The translations under genes and the position numbers were made by a program. This document shows positions 39,623-51,297 of a stretch of 64,000 bases of DNA, one piece after another. The notes beneath the pieces were generated by a model that saw only the letters and a program-made list of their open reading frames with translations, did no database searches and was not told the DNA's origin. Numbering within the stretch: the first letter of the stretch is position 1; each line of letters starts with the position of its first letter. The DNA is from Alphaproteobacteria bacterium (GTDB taxonomy: Bacteria > Pseudomonadota > Alphaproteobacteria > Rs-D84), in NCBI GenBank assembly GCA_033345275.1, contig JAWPOF010000007.1:21760-85759 (forward strand). The letters are read 5' to 3'.

Positions 39623-39703
39623 ATTGCCAGCCTTATTAAAAAACTTCTAATATGCGGATTTGCAAGGTTTTTTGTTTACTTTTCAAAATGCTGTGTTATC
39701 ATT

Positions 39704-40606
39704 TTGCTTATGACAGAAAAAACATATTCCGGCTTTGTTGCTATTATTGGCCCCACCAATGCGGGCAAAAGTACTTTGTTAAATCAAATCATGGGACGCA
39801 AGGTTTCCATTGTCTCGCACAAGGTTCAGACCACAAGAACCCGCCTGCGCGCCGTTAAAATGGTGGGTGATAAACAGTTGATTTTTGTTGATACGCCCGG
39901 CGTTTTCAAGCCTTCGCGCCGTCTGGATCGGGCAATGGTTGCGGCCGCAATGGATGCGGTGTCTGACGCAGATGCGGTGCTGCTGCTGATTGATGCGCAA
40001 AAGGGGATAACCGAAACAATTCGCGCACTGGTGGAAAAAATTGCCGAGTGTCCAAACATCTTTGTCGCCTTGAACAAGGTTGATGCAGTTCCCAAGCTGG
40101 ATTTATTGCCAATGGTCGCAGAAATATCATCCATGGCGCCATGGCGTGAAATCTTTATGATTTCCGCGTTGAAAAACGATGGCGTTGAAAAAATGCTGAA
40201 CGCATTGGCGGACGTAATGCCGGCAGGCCCATATCTGTTTGACACTGTTGACGCCCCCGATGTGCCCGATGAATTGTATCTGGCGGAATTAACTCGTGAA
40301 AAGATTTACAAATATATCCACCAGGAATTACCTTATCATATTAATGTTGTCACCGAACGTGTTGATGTCGCAGATGATGGCGTTCTGGACATATATCAGA
40401 AAATTGCTGTGCGCAGTGACGCACACAAGAAAATTGTGGTAGGCAAGGGCGGCGAGCAGTTAAAACGCATTGGTACCGCCGCGCGCCATGACATTCAGGA
40501 CCAGTGGGGTGTAAATGCCCGTCTGCATCTGTTTGTTCGTGTCGAGCCAGATTGGGAAGAAAAGGCCGAAAACTACATCGACCAAGGATTGGAATACAAG
40601 AAATAA
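39704..40606 (+). CDS. era: GTPase Era
   Basis: G1 GPTNAGKST, G3 DTPG, G4 NKVD, C-terminal KH domain. Start TTG 39704 or ATG 39710. Confidence 0.93.
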   Translation: MLMTEKTYSGFVAIIGPTNAGKSTLLNQIMGRKVSIVSHKVQTTRTRLRAVKMVGDKQLIFVDTPGVFKPSRRLDRAMVAAAMDAVSDADAVLLLIDAQKGITETIRALVEKIAECPNIFVALNKVDAVPKLDLLPMVAEISSMAPWREIFMISALKNDGVEKMLNALADVMPAGPYLFDTVDAPDVPDELYLAELTREKIYKYIHQELPYHINVVTERVDVADDGVLDIYQKIAVRSDAHKKIVVGKGGEQLKRIGTAARHDIQDQWGVNARLHLFVRVEPDWEEKAENYIDQGLEYKK

Positions 40607-40607
40607 A

Positions 40608-42751
<2,144 letters not shown>

Positions 42752-42798
42752 AAATACAAATAAAGAACCCCCCCACAATTAACGTAGCAACAACAAAC

Positions 42799-43107
42799 AT
42801 GCCGGCCCCCAGTGGCATGCCATTATTAAACCTGTCAATGACTGACAAGATTTACCTAGCTGTATCGCGTCAGTATGCAGACAATTTGCATTATATCTAT
42901 ACACTGTTTTGTCGTGAAAATCGCCCCAATAATTATAACATGATTCCAGAAACAGAAATTGCCACATTCCAAGATGCCACACAGGCAGATGTTTATTACA
43001 ACACTGTGTTGAAAATCAAAGAATTTCAATCACGTGGCGAAGTGCACAAGGCCCTGTCGGGGTTCGCAGACATTTCTATTGCGGATTTTCAGAAAAGAAC
43101 GCGCTAA
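42799..43107 (+). CDS. Hypothetical protein (102 aa)
   Basis: ORF only; no motif. Confidence 0.3.
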   Translation: MPAPSGMPLLNLSMTDKIYLAVSRQYADNLHYIYTLFCRENRPNNYNMIPETEIATFQDATQADVYYNTVLKIKEFQSRGEVHKALSGFADISIADFQKRTR

Positions 43108-43171
43108 AAAAATATTGCAATATCACACGATAATCGATTAAACTTCTTGTATTACAGCAAAGGAGTTTTTT

Positions 43172-44203
43172 ATGGCACGTGCAAAAAAACAAATAGAAGT
43201 TATCGATATGGGGGGCGTAAAAACCGTTGCGAAAAAGAAATCGCTTATAAACGGCGTCAAACGCGCGATGTTAATATTTACAGTCATATGGTTTGCCTTG
43301 ATAATTTGGCTGCCTTTGCACATAAAGAATACTTATTCCCAACCGATTAAGAAATCAATTGTTGTGTCAATGTTTTTTGATTTGCAAAAGGGAATTGTAA
43401 AACAGTACGAAGCGTTATTAGATGGCGTTGCAGATTCCATCAATTTGGAAAAACCGATTGCTGTCGCCATAGATGGTGTCAAGATGGTAGAACAGGGGGT
43501 CGATAAAGTCTCGGAAACTACTGCCTCGGCCAAGGAAACAACGACCAAAGCATCAGATGCTACTGCCGATGCACGCGAAAAAACATCTGGTGTAAAAAAA
43601 CTGACCGGATTTGCAAAAATGCTGGGGGTTAAAACAGACACTGTTGATAATGCCGTTGATGAAGTGAACAAAGGGCTGGATAAGGCAGACAGTGCCATAG
43701 ACAAGGCCAACACAACAATCGCCAAAGTTGATGCTACTGCCGCCAAGGTAAATCAGCAACTAGACAAAATAAAAACAGATTTGACACGCGTTGCCCAGAC
43801 CGAGGTTGATAAAATGCTGGACGCAGCGATAAAAAAATCATTGGATAAACAGACTGGTGGTCTGGGGACAACATTTTTAACAAACTATGGTATTGAACAT
43901 GTTTATCCGTGGCGTCCATCTTCTTGGCCTGTGGCAACCAAGATTTATAACGACCTGTCACAGTCAGACGTCACAACGATTACAGTCATCACCAATACAG
44001 TTGATAAATACTTTGGCTATGTTGCGTGGGGATTGGTAATAGCCACATGGGCTGTTGGCGCTTATTTGTGGCTGTTGGTATTCAAAAAGGCCAAAGCCGT
44101 CATAAGACCGTTTAATGTGTGCCCACGCTGTGGCCATACTTATGCTGACAAGCGTACTGCGCTGGGGTTGTTAAAGGTATTCCAACCCTGGACATGGTTC
44201 TGA
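43172..44203 (+). CDS. Hypothetical membrane protein with extended Ala/Lys/Thr/Asp-rich coiled-coil ectodomain
   Basis: N-terminal TM (LIFTVIWFALIIWLPL), a long repetitive helical region (KVDATAAKVNQQLDKIKTDL...), a C-terminal TM pair and a CPRCGH zinc-ribbon-like tail. Confidence 0.4.
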   Translation: MARAKKQIEVIDMGGVKTVAKKKSLINGVKRAMLIFTVIWFALIIWLPLHIKNTYSQPIKKSIVVSMFFDLQKGIVKQYEALLDGVADSINLEKPIAVAIDGVKMVEQGVDKVSETTASAKETTTKASDATADAREKTSGVKKLTGFAKMLGVKTDTVDNAVDEVNKGLDKADSAIDKANTTIAKVDATAAKVNQQLDKIKTDLTRVAQTEVDKMLDAAIKKSLDKQTGGLGTTFLTNYGIEHVYPWRPSSWPVATKIYNDLSQSDVTTITVITNTVDKYFGYVAWGLVIATWAVGAYLWLLVFKKAKAVIRPFNVCPRCGHTYADKRTALGLLKVFQPWTWF

Positions 44204-44424
44204 TTTTTAATATGGCCCAACACAAACCCCGCACGCCAAGAAGGTTTGCGGGGTTATAATCTGGTTTAATAAAAGGCAATATGTTCCTGTAATAGGGCGG
44301 TATTCTTATTCAGGTACCTTTTCCTAAATGCTGTATTGCGATTGCGTGTTCTAAACGAAAGGTGTATAATATCAGTGTCTTATTTACAAGACATGTATAA
44401 CACCTTGAAAAGGAGAAAAAATAG

Positions 44425-44640
44425 ATGAGAGGACTTACAAACTATGTTCTTATACCATTGACATTTATTGGGGCCCTGAACTGGGGTCTGGTTGGTATCT
44501 TTGGTTTTGACTTGGTAGCATTTTTATTTGGCCCCGCAACTTTGGCCAGCAATATTGTATATGCTATTATCGGTATTGCAGCGTTGATATGGTTGATTTG
44601 GATGTTTATTAACCGTCCTATGTCACGCGACGAGCGCTAA
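44425..44640 (+). CDS. DUF378-family small membrane protein
   Basis: 71 aa, two TM helices with the conserved ALNWGLVGIFGFDLVAFLFG core. Own SD (aaaggagaaaaaatagATG). Confidence 0.75.
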   Translation: MRGLTNYVLIPLTFIGALNWGLVGIFGFDLVAFLFGPATLASNIVYAIIGIAALIWLIWMFINRPMSRDER

Positions 44641-44726
44641 TTATGTCACCAAAAGTTTCATGGCAGCGCCCCGCACAGGGGCGTTTTTTATATTAATAAA
44701 ACCTGCATTTTGCAGGTTTGTATTTA

Positions 44727-45023
44727 TTATAGCATTGGAACGCCGGCTGTTGCTTCGCCCATGATTTTATCTATCACGGAATCCACTTTATTTTTTGCAT
44801 CTGTATATGCTGCCGTAACAGCCTGCTCGACAGCAGGCACCCCACCCGCAAAAACATCTGGATTGATTGTCAATTTAACCAAATCGTATTTGCCGGTCAT
44901 ATCTACAATGCATACACCATTCGGAGCAATGCCTTTAACAATGGTTTTTCCCAATTGTTCTTGGGCGGCACTTACTTTTGATTGCAGTTCGGTGGCTTGT
45001 GCCATCAAAGATTCCATGTCCAT
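44727..45023 (-). CDS. ybaB: Nucleoid-associated protein YbaB/EbfC
   Basis: MDMESLMAQATELQSKVSAAQEQL...VKLTINPDVF matches the YbaB family. Start chosen at the internal Met by family length (~99 aa). Confidence 0.85.
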   Translation of the reverse strand: MDMESLMAQATELQSKVSAAQEQLGKTIVKGIAPNGVCIVDMTGKYDLVKLTINPDVFAGGVPAVEQAVTAAYTDAKNKVDSVIDKIMGEATAGVPML

Positions 45024-45401
45024 TTTATCCCCCTTTGGCTTTATTTTTTGTTTTTCATTTATATGCAACATCTAAATTGCGCGTGTCCGAACAGCAATAA
45101 GCGCCACATAAGAATCAGAGAAAGCCGTACGCGGCAAAACCCTTCCATTGGCACAGCAGGTTACATGTTCGGATGATTCAAATTCTTTGTCCGATGACAC
45201 AAATGACTGAACACGTTTCGCACCAGATGGCGCAACACTCAGTTTGGTCATTTGAAATGAATGCTTGCCCGTTTTCATATCGCGGGTAATGCCCGGAAAA
45301 TAATTTCCCGTCACCCATTGGCGTAATGCTGGGACGTCCCGGGCAACACACCTGGGGTGTGATGCCCATTGTTTGTCCGCCCAGGCTAATTGTTCAGGTC
45401 T

Positions 45402-47561
45402 TTATTCCTTTACAATTTCTTGACCTGTTTTCTGGTCAATACCAACCATAGACATGCGTGTTTTACCACGTTTGTCGGCACCCAGATAACGGACGTAAAC
45501 CGTATCGCCTTCCTTGATTTTTGTATCTTCGATTTTTGCGATACGTTCGCCAGTGATTTCAGAAATATGAACCATGGCTTCAAACCCATTCATAATTTTT
45601 ACAAACAGACCGAAATCTTTCATGCCCGATACGGTGCCTTTGTAAATCTGGCCAACTTCTGGTTCTGCAACAATGTCTTTTATGCGACGGATTGCTTCGT
45701 CAGCTTCTTCTTTGGTTGTTGCCATTATTTTGATAGTGCCGTCATCTTCCAGATCAATAATTGTGTTTGTTTCGCGAACCAGTGCCTGGATAACAGAACC
45801 ACCTTTGCCAATTACTTCACGAACTTTGTCAGGATTGATTTTCATCATATATGCCTGTGGGGCATATTCAGATACTTTTTCGCGTGGCTTTTTAATCGCC
45901 TTTTCAATCTTGCCCAAGATATGCATACGGCCATCTTTTGCCTGGGCCAGGGCACGTTCCATAATTTCAAACGTAATGGATGTGATTTTGATATCCATCT
46001 GCAGGGCGGTGATACCTTGGTCAGTCCCTGTCACCTTAAAGTCCATATCGCCCAGGTGATCTTCGTCACCCAAGATGTCTGTCAGAATTGCGTAATCATC
46101 GCCTTCTTTAATCAGGCCCATTGCAATACCCGCAACCGGACGTTTCATTGGGACGCCACCATCCATCATTGCCAACGTTGCGCCACATGTTGTTGCCATT
46201 GATGATGAACCATTGGATTCCAAAATATCTGACACAATACGAATGACATAGTCAAATTCGGCGCGTGTTGGCACCATCGGATGAACCGCGCGCCATGCCA
46301 AATTTCCGTGACCGATTTCACGACGACCAGGCGACTTTAACCCCTTGGCTTCGCCAACAGAATAGCCCGGGAAATTATAGTTCAAAATGAAATCGCGTTC
46401 TTCGGACCCATCCAAAGATTCGATTGGCAATGCATCTTTGCCACCACCCAATGTCAAAGACACCAGGGCCTGGGTTTCACCGCGTGTAAACAATGCAGAA
46501 CCGTGTGCACGTGGCATAACACCCAATTCGATTTCAATTGGACGAACTGTTTTATTGTCGCGACCGTCAATACGTGGTTTCCCTGCCAAGATATTTCCAC
46601 GCATAATACGTGCTGTCAGGTTTTCAATCACTTCATCCGCCCATGATTCCAGTGTAGATGTGGCACGCGTCGATTCTGGGAACAATTCTGGGATGCGTGC
46701 CTTGGCATCGGCATGGATAGACGCCAATGTTTCCAGACGAACCAATTTTTCTTTGATTTGCAGGGCTGCCTCAATCGCAGGTGCAAACTGTTCAAAATCA
46801 GATTCCATCGTTAATTGTTCTGGGGTCTTTTCAGGTATAGCCCAGCGTTCTTTGCCTGCTTTCTGGGCCAATTCGTTAATTGCGTTGATAACTGCCTGTT
46901 GTGCGTCAAATCCGAATTTAACCGCCCCTAAAACGGTCTTCTCATCCAGTTCGCCAATTTCAGATTCAACCATCAGCACACCGTCCTTGGTTGCGGCGAC
47001 AACCAAGTCCATTTCGGATTCTTCAACGAATTTTTTAGATGGATTTAAAATATATTTACCATCGGCAAAGCTAACACGTGCAGCGCCGATTGGGCCCTGG
47101 AATGGGACGCCAGATAATGCCAACGCCGCAGACGATGCAATCATCGCCAAAATGTCAGGCTGGTTCACTTTGTCATATGAAAATACCTGGGCGATAATCT
47201 GAACTTTGTTTTTAAATGTTTCTGGGAACAGCGGACGGATTGGACGGTCAATCAAACGTGCAGTCAATGTTTCAGCAGTTGACGCTTTGCCTTCACGGCG
47301 ATCGCGCGAACCTGGGATGCGTCCAGCAGACGCAAATTTTTCCTGATAATCAACCGTCAGTGGAAAGAAATCCTGACCTTCGACTGCGGCCTTTTCTGCG
47401 CAAACAGTTGCCAATACCATTGTTTCGCCCAATGTCGCCAGCACAGAACCGTTTGCCTGTTTTGCCATTCGACCGGTTTCCAAACGCAGTGCTGTATCTC
47501 CGTATGGGATTTCCACAACGATTGGGTTATTTAATGTGGTTTTTTCAAAACCAATTGCCAT
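45402..47561 (-). CDS. pnp: Polyribonucleotide nucleotidyltransferase (PNPase)
   Basis: 719 aa with two RNase PH domains, KH, and C-terminal S1 (GQIYKGTVSGMKDFGLFVKI). Canonical N-terminus MAIGFEKTT. Confidence 0.95.
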   Translation of the reverse strand: MAIGFEKTTLNNPIVVEIPYGDTALRLETGRMAKQANGSVLATLGETMVLATVCAEKAAVEGQDFFPLTVDYQEKFASAGRIPGSRDRREGKASTAETLTARLIDRPIRPLFPETFKNKVQIIAQVFSYDKVNQPDILAMIASSAALALSGVPFQGPIGAARVSFADGKYILNPSKKFVEESEMDLVVAATKDGVLMVESEIGELDEKTVLGAVKFGFDAQQAVINAINELAQKAGKERWAIPEKTPEQLTMESDFEQFAPAIEAALQIKEKLVRLETLASIHADAKARIPELFPESTRATSTLESWADEVIENLTARIMRGNILAGKPRIDGRDNKTVRPIEIELGVMPRAHGSALFTRGETQALVSLTLGGGKDALPIESLDGSEERDFILNYNFPGYSVGEAKGLKSPGRREIGHGNLAWRAVHPMVPTRAEFDYVIRIVSDILESNGSSSMATTCGATLAMMDGGVPMKRPVAGIAMGLIKEGDDYAILTDILGDEDHLGDMDFKVTGTDQGITALQMDIKITSITFEIMERALAQAKDGRMHILGKIEKAIKKPREKVSEYAPQAYMMKINPDKVREVIGKGGSVIQALVRETNTIIDLEDDGTIKIMATTKEEADEAIRRIKDIVAEPEVGQIYKGTVSGMKDFGLFVKIMNGFEAMVHISEITGERIAKIEDTKIKEGDTVYVRYLGADKRGKTRMSMVGIDQKTGQEIVKE

Positions 47562-47708
47562 TTGTTTTCTCCTAGTTTTTTATTTGGTTTTCAATTATGC
47601 GAAGAAAAATCATTCGTTTCTGCATTTTCTAACAAATGCACAAAAGAATAATTTAATCTTCGCCTCATAAAATTATAAGAAATATTTAATGTATTGCAAG
47701 TTTAATTC

Positions 47709-48620
47709 TTACTCGCTTGCACGTGGATGTGCATGTGTATATATGTTGGAAATTTCGGTCATGTTAACCTTGGTGTACAATTGGGTTGTAGACAACGAAG
47801 AGTGCCCCAACAGTTCTTGCAGACTGCGCAAATCCGCGCCGTCTGACAACAGTGCTGTTGCAAATGTATGTCTTAATGCATGCGGTGTCACATAATCTGG
47901 CAATTGCAAATAACTGCGCAATTGTTCGACTGTCTTTTCTGCCATGCGCGGCGACATAGGCAATCCGCGTACACTGCGAAACAACTTGTCGTCCGGCATA
48001 TTTCCGAATGGGCGCACAGATACGTATTTATCAATTGCGTTCCAAACCGCTGGCAACACAGGCACCAGCCGTTCTTTATTGCCTTTACCAACAATACGCA
48101 AAACATTTGGTTGTCCCTGAATATCTCGGTTGCGCAGGGCCAGGGCCTCGGATATGCGCAGCCCGCATCCAAATAACAACACCACCAACGCCCAATCTCG
48201 TGCCGCAATCCACGGTTTATTCATATCTATTTCACGAATTGCATCATGCATATTTTCTACATCAATTGGTTCTATTGCTTTGGACAGTTTGCGGGGCACG
48301 CGCGGCGAAGAAATCAGACCAATCGCATCGTTGTTTACCCCGTAATTTTTGGTCAAGAATTTATAAAATCCACGCAATGACGACAAGGCGCGCGCTGTTG
48401 ATTTTGCGGACATGCCACGCTTTTGTCGATCTGCCAGGAACGAACGAAAACATATGGTATCCACTTGTGACAAATCAGACAGATGTGCCACCCCGCCATT
48501 AAATTTTTCATAAAAGGTCAAAAAATCCCGAACATCTCTTTCGTATGCGATTGCAGTACAAGGCGAATAATTTTTTACCCTTGTTAAGTATTCCAGAAAG
48601 TCTGTAACAGCATTTTTCAT
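47709..48620 (-). CDS. Tyrosine site-specific recombinase XerC/XerD
   Basis: 303 aa. Catalytic R...HxLRH...Y pattern with HALRHTFATALLSDGADLRSLQELLGHSSLSTTQLYT. Confidence 0.85.
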   Translation of the reverse strand: MKNAVTDFLEYLTRVKNYSPCTAIAYERDVRDFLTFYEKFNGGVAHLSDLSQVDTICFRSFLADRQKRGMSAKSTARALSSLRGFYKFLTKNYGVNNDAIGLISSPRVPRKLSKAIEPIDVENMHDAIREIDMNKPWIAARDWALVVLLFGCGLRISEALALRNRDIQGQPNVLRIVGKGNKERLVPVLPAVWNAIDKYVSVRPFGNMPDDKLFRSVRGLPMSPRMAEKTVEQLRSYLQLPDYVTPHALRHTFATALLSDGADLRSLQELLGHSSLSTTQLYTKVNMTEISNIYTHAHPRASE

Positions 48621-48626
48621 ATATGA

Positions 48627-49358
48627 TTATTTTATTTCGAATACGGCGTGGACTGACACAAACACATCAGTGTCGCGCGACATAATTGTGCCTGACGCAT
48701 CCCCCATGGCAGCGGTCGCGACCATTTTTGTGCGCAATAAACCGTTAGTGGGTTGTGCGATGTTATCAGAATTTGCACCATACGAAACGGATAACAATTT
48801 TCCAACCTTGTCCCCATCGGCCATAACCAGAGCGTTTGCGCGCTCACGTGCATTTTCAACTGCAATTGACAAACACTTTTCTATTGCGGGTTGCAGTTTT
48901 TGGGGACTGGTGTACATACGCAGATTTTCAGAATAGATATTTGGTATCCCCGCAAAATCAGACAAAATCCTCTCGATTACATCAATACTGTCAGCGGAAA
49001 CTTCAACGGCAATCACAGTTTCGATTCCCAGCACCACAGATTTTTGTTTGTCGTGATTCCATTCAGTTTTTTCATACGAGCTGAACTGGGTGGTTTGCAT
49101 CTCGACAGGCAAATCCTTTAGATATTGCGTTAATTCCGCCATTTGTGTTGTCGCTGTACGTACAGACTCAATCGCCGTTGGGGCCAATGTTGCGACGCGC
49201 AAAGTAATTGCCGTTTTGTCGCGTGGTGCAGTTGTCAGACATTCTCCATTTGTTGCAACTGTGCGTGGCGTCGAGCGTCGTTCAAACGCGCCAAATGCCA
49301 AAGCCATCACCGCGGCCACACCAATAACAGTCCCAATCCAAATAAATGCTTTTTTCAT
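48627..49358 (-). CDS. SIMPL-domain protein (DUF541 / YggE-like periplasmic protein)
   Basis: Signal/TM then the typical SIMPL layout with VEVSADSID... and C-terminal VSVHAVFEIK. Confidence 0.65.
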   Translation of the reverse strand: MKKAFIWIGTVIGVAAVMALAFGAFERRSTPRTVATNGECLTTAPRDKTAITLRVATLAPTAIESVRTATTQMAELTQYLKDLPVEMQTTQFSSYEKTEWNHDKQKSVVLGIETVIAVEVSADSIDVIERILSDFAGIPNIYSENLRMYTSPQKLQPAIEKCLSIAVENARERANALVMADGDKVGKLLSVSYGANSDNIAQPTNGLLRTKMVATAAMGDASGTIMSRDTDVFVSVHAVFEIK

Positions 49359-49381
49359 ATTTGCTCCCTCGTTGTTTTTAG

Positions 49382-50380
49382 TTAACCCAACATAGCATGT
49401 TTAACCCGCACAATTGTCTCTTGTGCGACGGCGCGCGCACGCGTCGCACCCGATGCCAGAATTTTATCAATTTCGTCTGGGTTAGCCATCAAACGTTCAT
49501 ATTCCGCACGCGGTGCGGACAGAACAGAATTGATTTGTTCAAACAATATTTTTTTTGCGTCGCCATAGCCCATACCACCCACACGGAATTTTTCGGCAAA
49601 TTTTGCGGTTTGGTCTGGGGTTGCAAAATGTTTATACAGCTGATAAATCGTGGATTCATCTGGGTCTTTTTTGTCCGCAGGTAATTTTGAATCCGTGATA
49701 ATGCGCATAATTTTTTTCTTTAATTCAGATTCAGGCGCAAACAACGGGATGATGTTATCATAAGATTTGCTCATCTTACGACCATCTAATCCTGGGATTA
49801 AACCGGTGTCTGCCCCAATCACAGGTTCAGGCAACTTGAACGTATTTCCGTATATACGATTAAAATATTCCGCAATATCACGTGCAAATTCAACATGTTG
49901 CTTTTGATCTGCGCCAACGGGAACAATGTCTGAATTATACAACAATATATCGGCACTCATCAAAACAGGATATGTGTACAGCCCCATATTAATACCCGCA
50001 TCAACATCCAATCCAGCAGCTATGTTTTTATCCATGGCAGCCTTGTACGAATGTGCGCGGTTCATCAGGCCCTTTGGTGTAATGTTCATCAGTAATGTGT
50101 TCAACTGATAGATTTCATCAATATCAGATTGGCGGAACAATGCCGCATTTTCTAGATTCAGCCCCAACGCCACCAACAGCGCTGTGATTTCGTATGTGTG
50201 TTGCCGTATCTGTGAAGCGTCGCGGATTGTGTTCAATGCATGTAAATCCGCAATAAAAACAAATGCCTTATGTGTCTTTGATTGTTCTATCAACGGTTTC
50301 AGCGCACCAACATAATTGCCAAAATGTGGCATGCCAGTTGGCTTAATCCCAGTTAAAACAATTTTATCTGCGTTTGACAT
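49382..50380 (-). CDS. trpS: Tryptophan--tRNA ligase
   Basis: HIGH-type motif (TGMPHFGNY) and KMSKS. 332 aa. Confidence 0.93.
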   Translation of the reverse strand: MSNADKIVLTGIKPTGMPHFGNYVGALKPLIEQSKTHKAFVFIADLHALNTIRDASQIRQHTYEITALLVALGLNLENAALFRQSDIDEIYQLNTLLMNITPKGLMNRAHSYKAAMDKNIAAGLDVDAGINMGLYTYPVLMSADILLYNSDIVPVGADQKQHVEFARDIAEYFNRIYGNTFKLPEPVIGADTGLIPGLDGRKMSKSYDNIIPLFAPESELKKKIMRIITDSKLPADKKDPDESTIYQLYKHFATPDQTAKFAEKFRVGGMGYGDAKKILFEQINSVLSAPRAEYERLMANPDEIDKILASGATRARAVAQETIVRVKHAMLG

Positions 50381-50472
50381 AGTAAATACCCCTTTCAGCG
50401 CACAATTTTAATAATTATCCCAATAAATTAAAAGCCTAAAATTGCATCCCACCCAGTGATAACAGTGCAAAC

Positions 50473-51228
50473 TTATGTGCTTTTAATTTTTTTGTTTCTC
50501 TGCTTCTTTTTTTCCTGCAAAACATGATATTCCAGTTGTATTGCAACGCCTATGCCAGATTCTTGCATTTTTTTTGAAAAAGCGGTGCAATTTCTGAATT
50601 CCGTTTCCAATGGCCCCCATCCAGAATATTCCCAGTCAATCAGTCCAACAATATTCATTGTCTTTGTATCAACAATTATGTTGTTGCAAATATCATGATG
50701 GTTCCAACCATCCCCGTCAGATGTTTTTAAATCTGCCAGTTCCACCGGGTTCGCATTATGCATTGCGTCAATAAATTCTGCCAGTTGTTTTCCCCATTTC
50801 CATCCATTTTTTTCAATTGTTCGCAAGGGCATACGATTCAAATTTTTCCCTGGAATGAATTCATATTTATAAAAAATATATCCGTTTGATTTAACGATTT
50901 CTATTCTGGGTATGCGTACAGGCACGATTGGTGCGAACGCATCAGTTATCCTTTTTTCCCGCATAATCTTATCTGTTGGAACATCTTTGTTGCAGAACTT
51001 TCGAATTTTGCAAACATATTTATTGTCAATTATAAATCCGATATTCCAGCCACCTTTTATGACACGTACATGTTTGAAGTCGCCACGGGGTAACGAAGTT
51101 TTTAAAGCGTTAAATTTTTTACGATAGTCGTACAGTTTATTGCGTCTAATTTTTTCACGCCAGGCCTGATTCGGCACCAGCCCCACCAAGAAATCACAAA
51201 TCTCAAAATATAAGCGCCACAAGTTCAT
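50473..51228 (-). CDS. Phosphotransferase-family protein (APH/choline-kinase-like), paralog 2
   Basis: HHDICNNIIVD (Brenner motif) and IDWEYSGWG (DWE-type motif) as in APH/LicA-like kinases. Confidence 0.65.
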   Translation of the reverse strand: MNLWRLYFEICDFLVGLVPNQAWREKIRRNKLYDYRKKFNALKTSLPRGDFKHVRVIKGGWNIGFIIDNKYVCKIRKFCNKDVPTDKIMREKRITDAFAPIVPVRIPRIEIVKSNGYIFYKYEFIPGKNLNRMPLRTIEKNGWKWGKQLAEFIDAMHNANPVELADLKTSDGDGWNHHDICNNIIVDTKTMNIVGLIDWEYSGWGPLETEFRNCTAFSKKMQESGIGVAIQLEYHVLQEKKKQRNKKIKST

Positions 51229-51297
51229 AGAATCTCTCGCAAATTTTATGCCATAAATGGTATTGAAAAAAAAGAAAAAAACAAGTACTTTATAAAC

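Noticed and set aside
45072-45401. SRP RNA (ffs) or rpsO in the pnp-ybaB spacer
   Set aside because: No SRP domain-IV consensus (GGUCAGGUCCGGAAGGAAGCAGC) on either strand. Translations show no S15 similarity.
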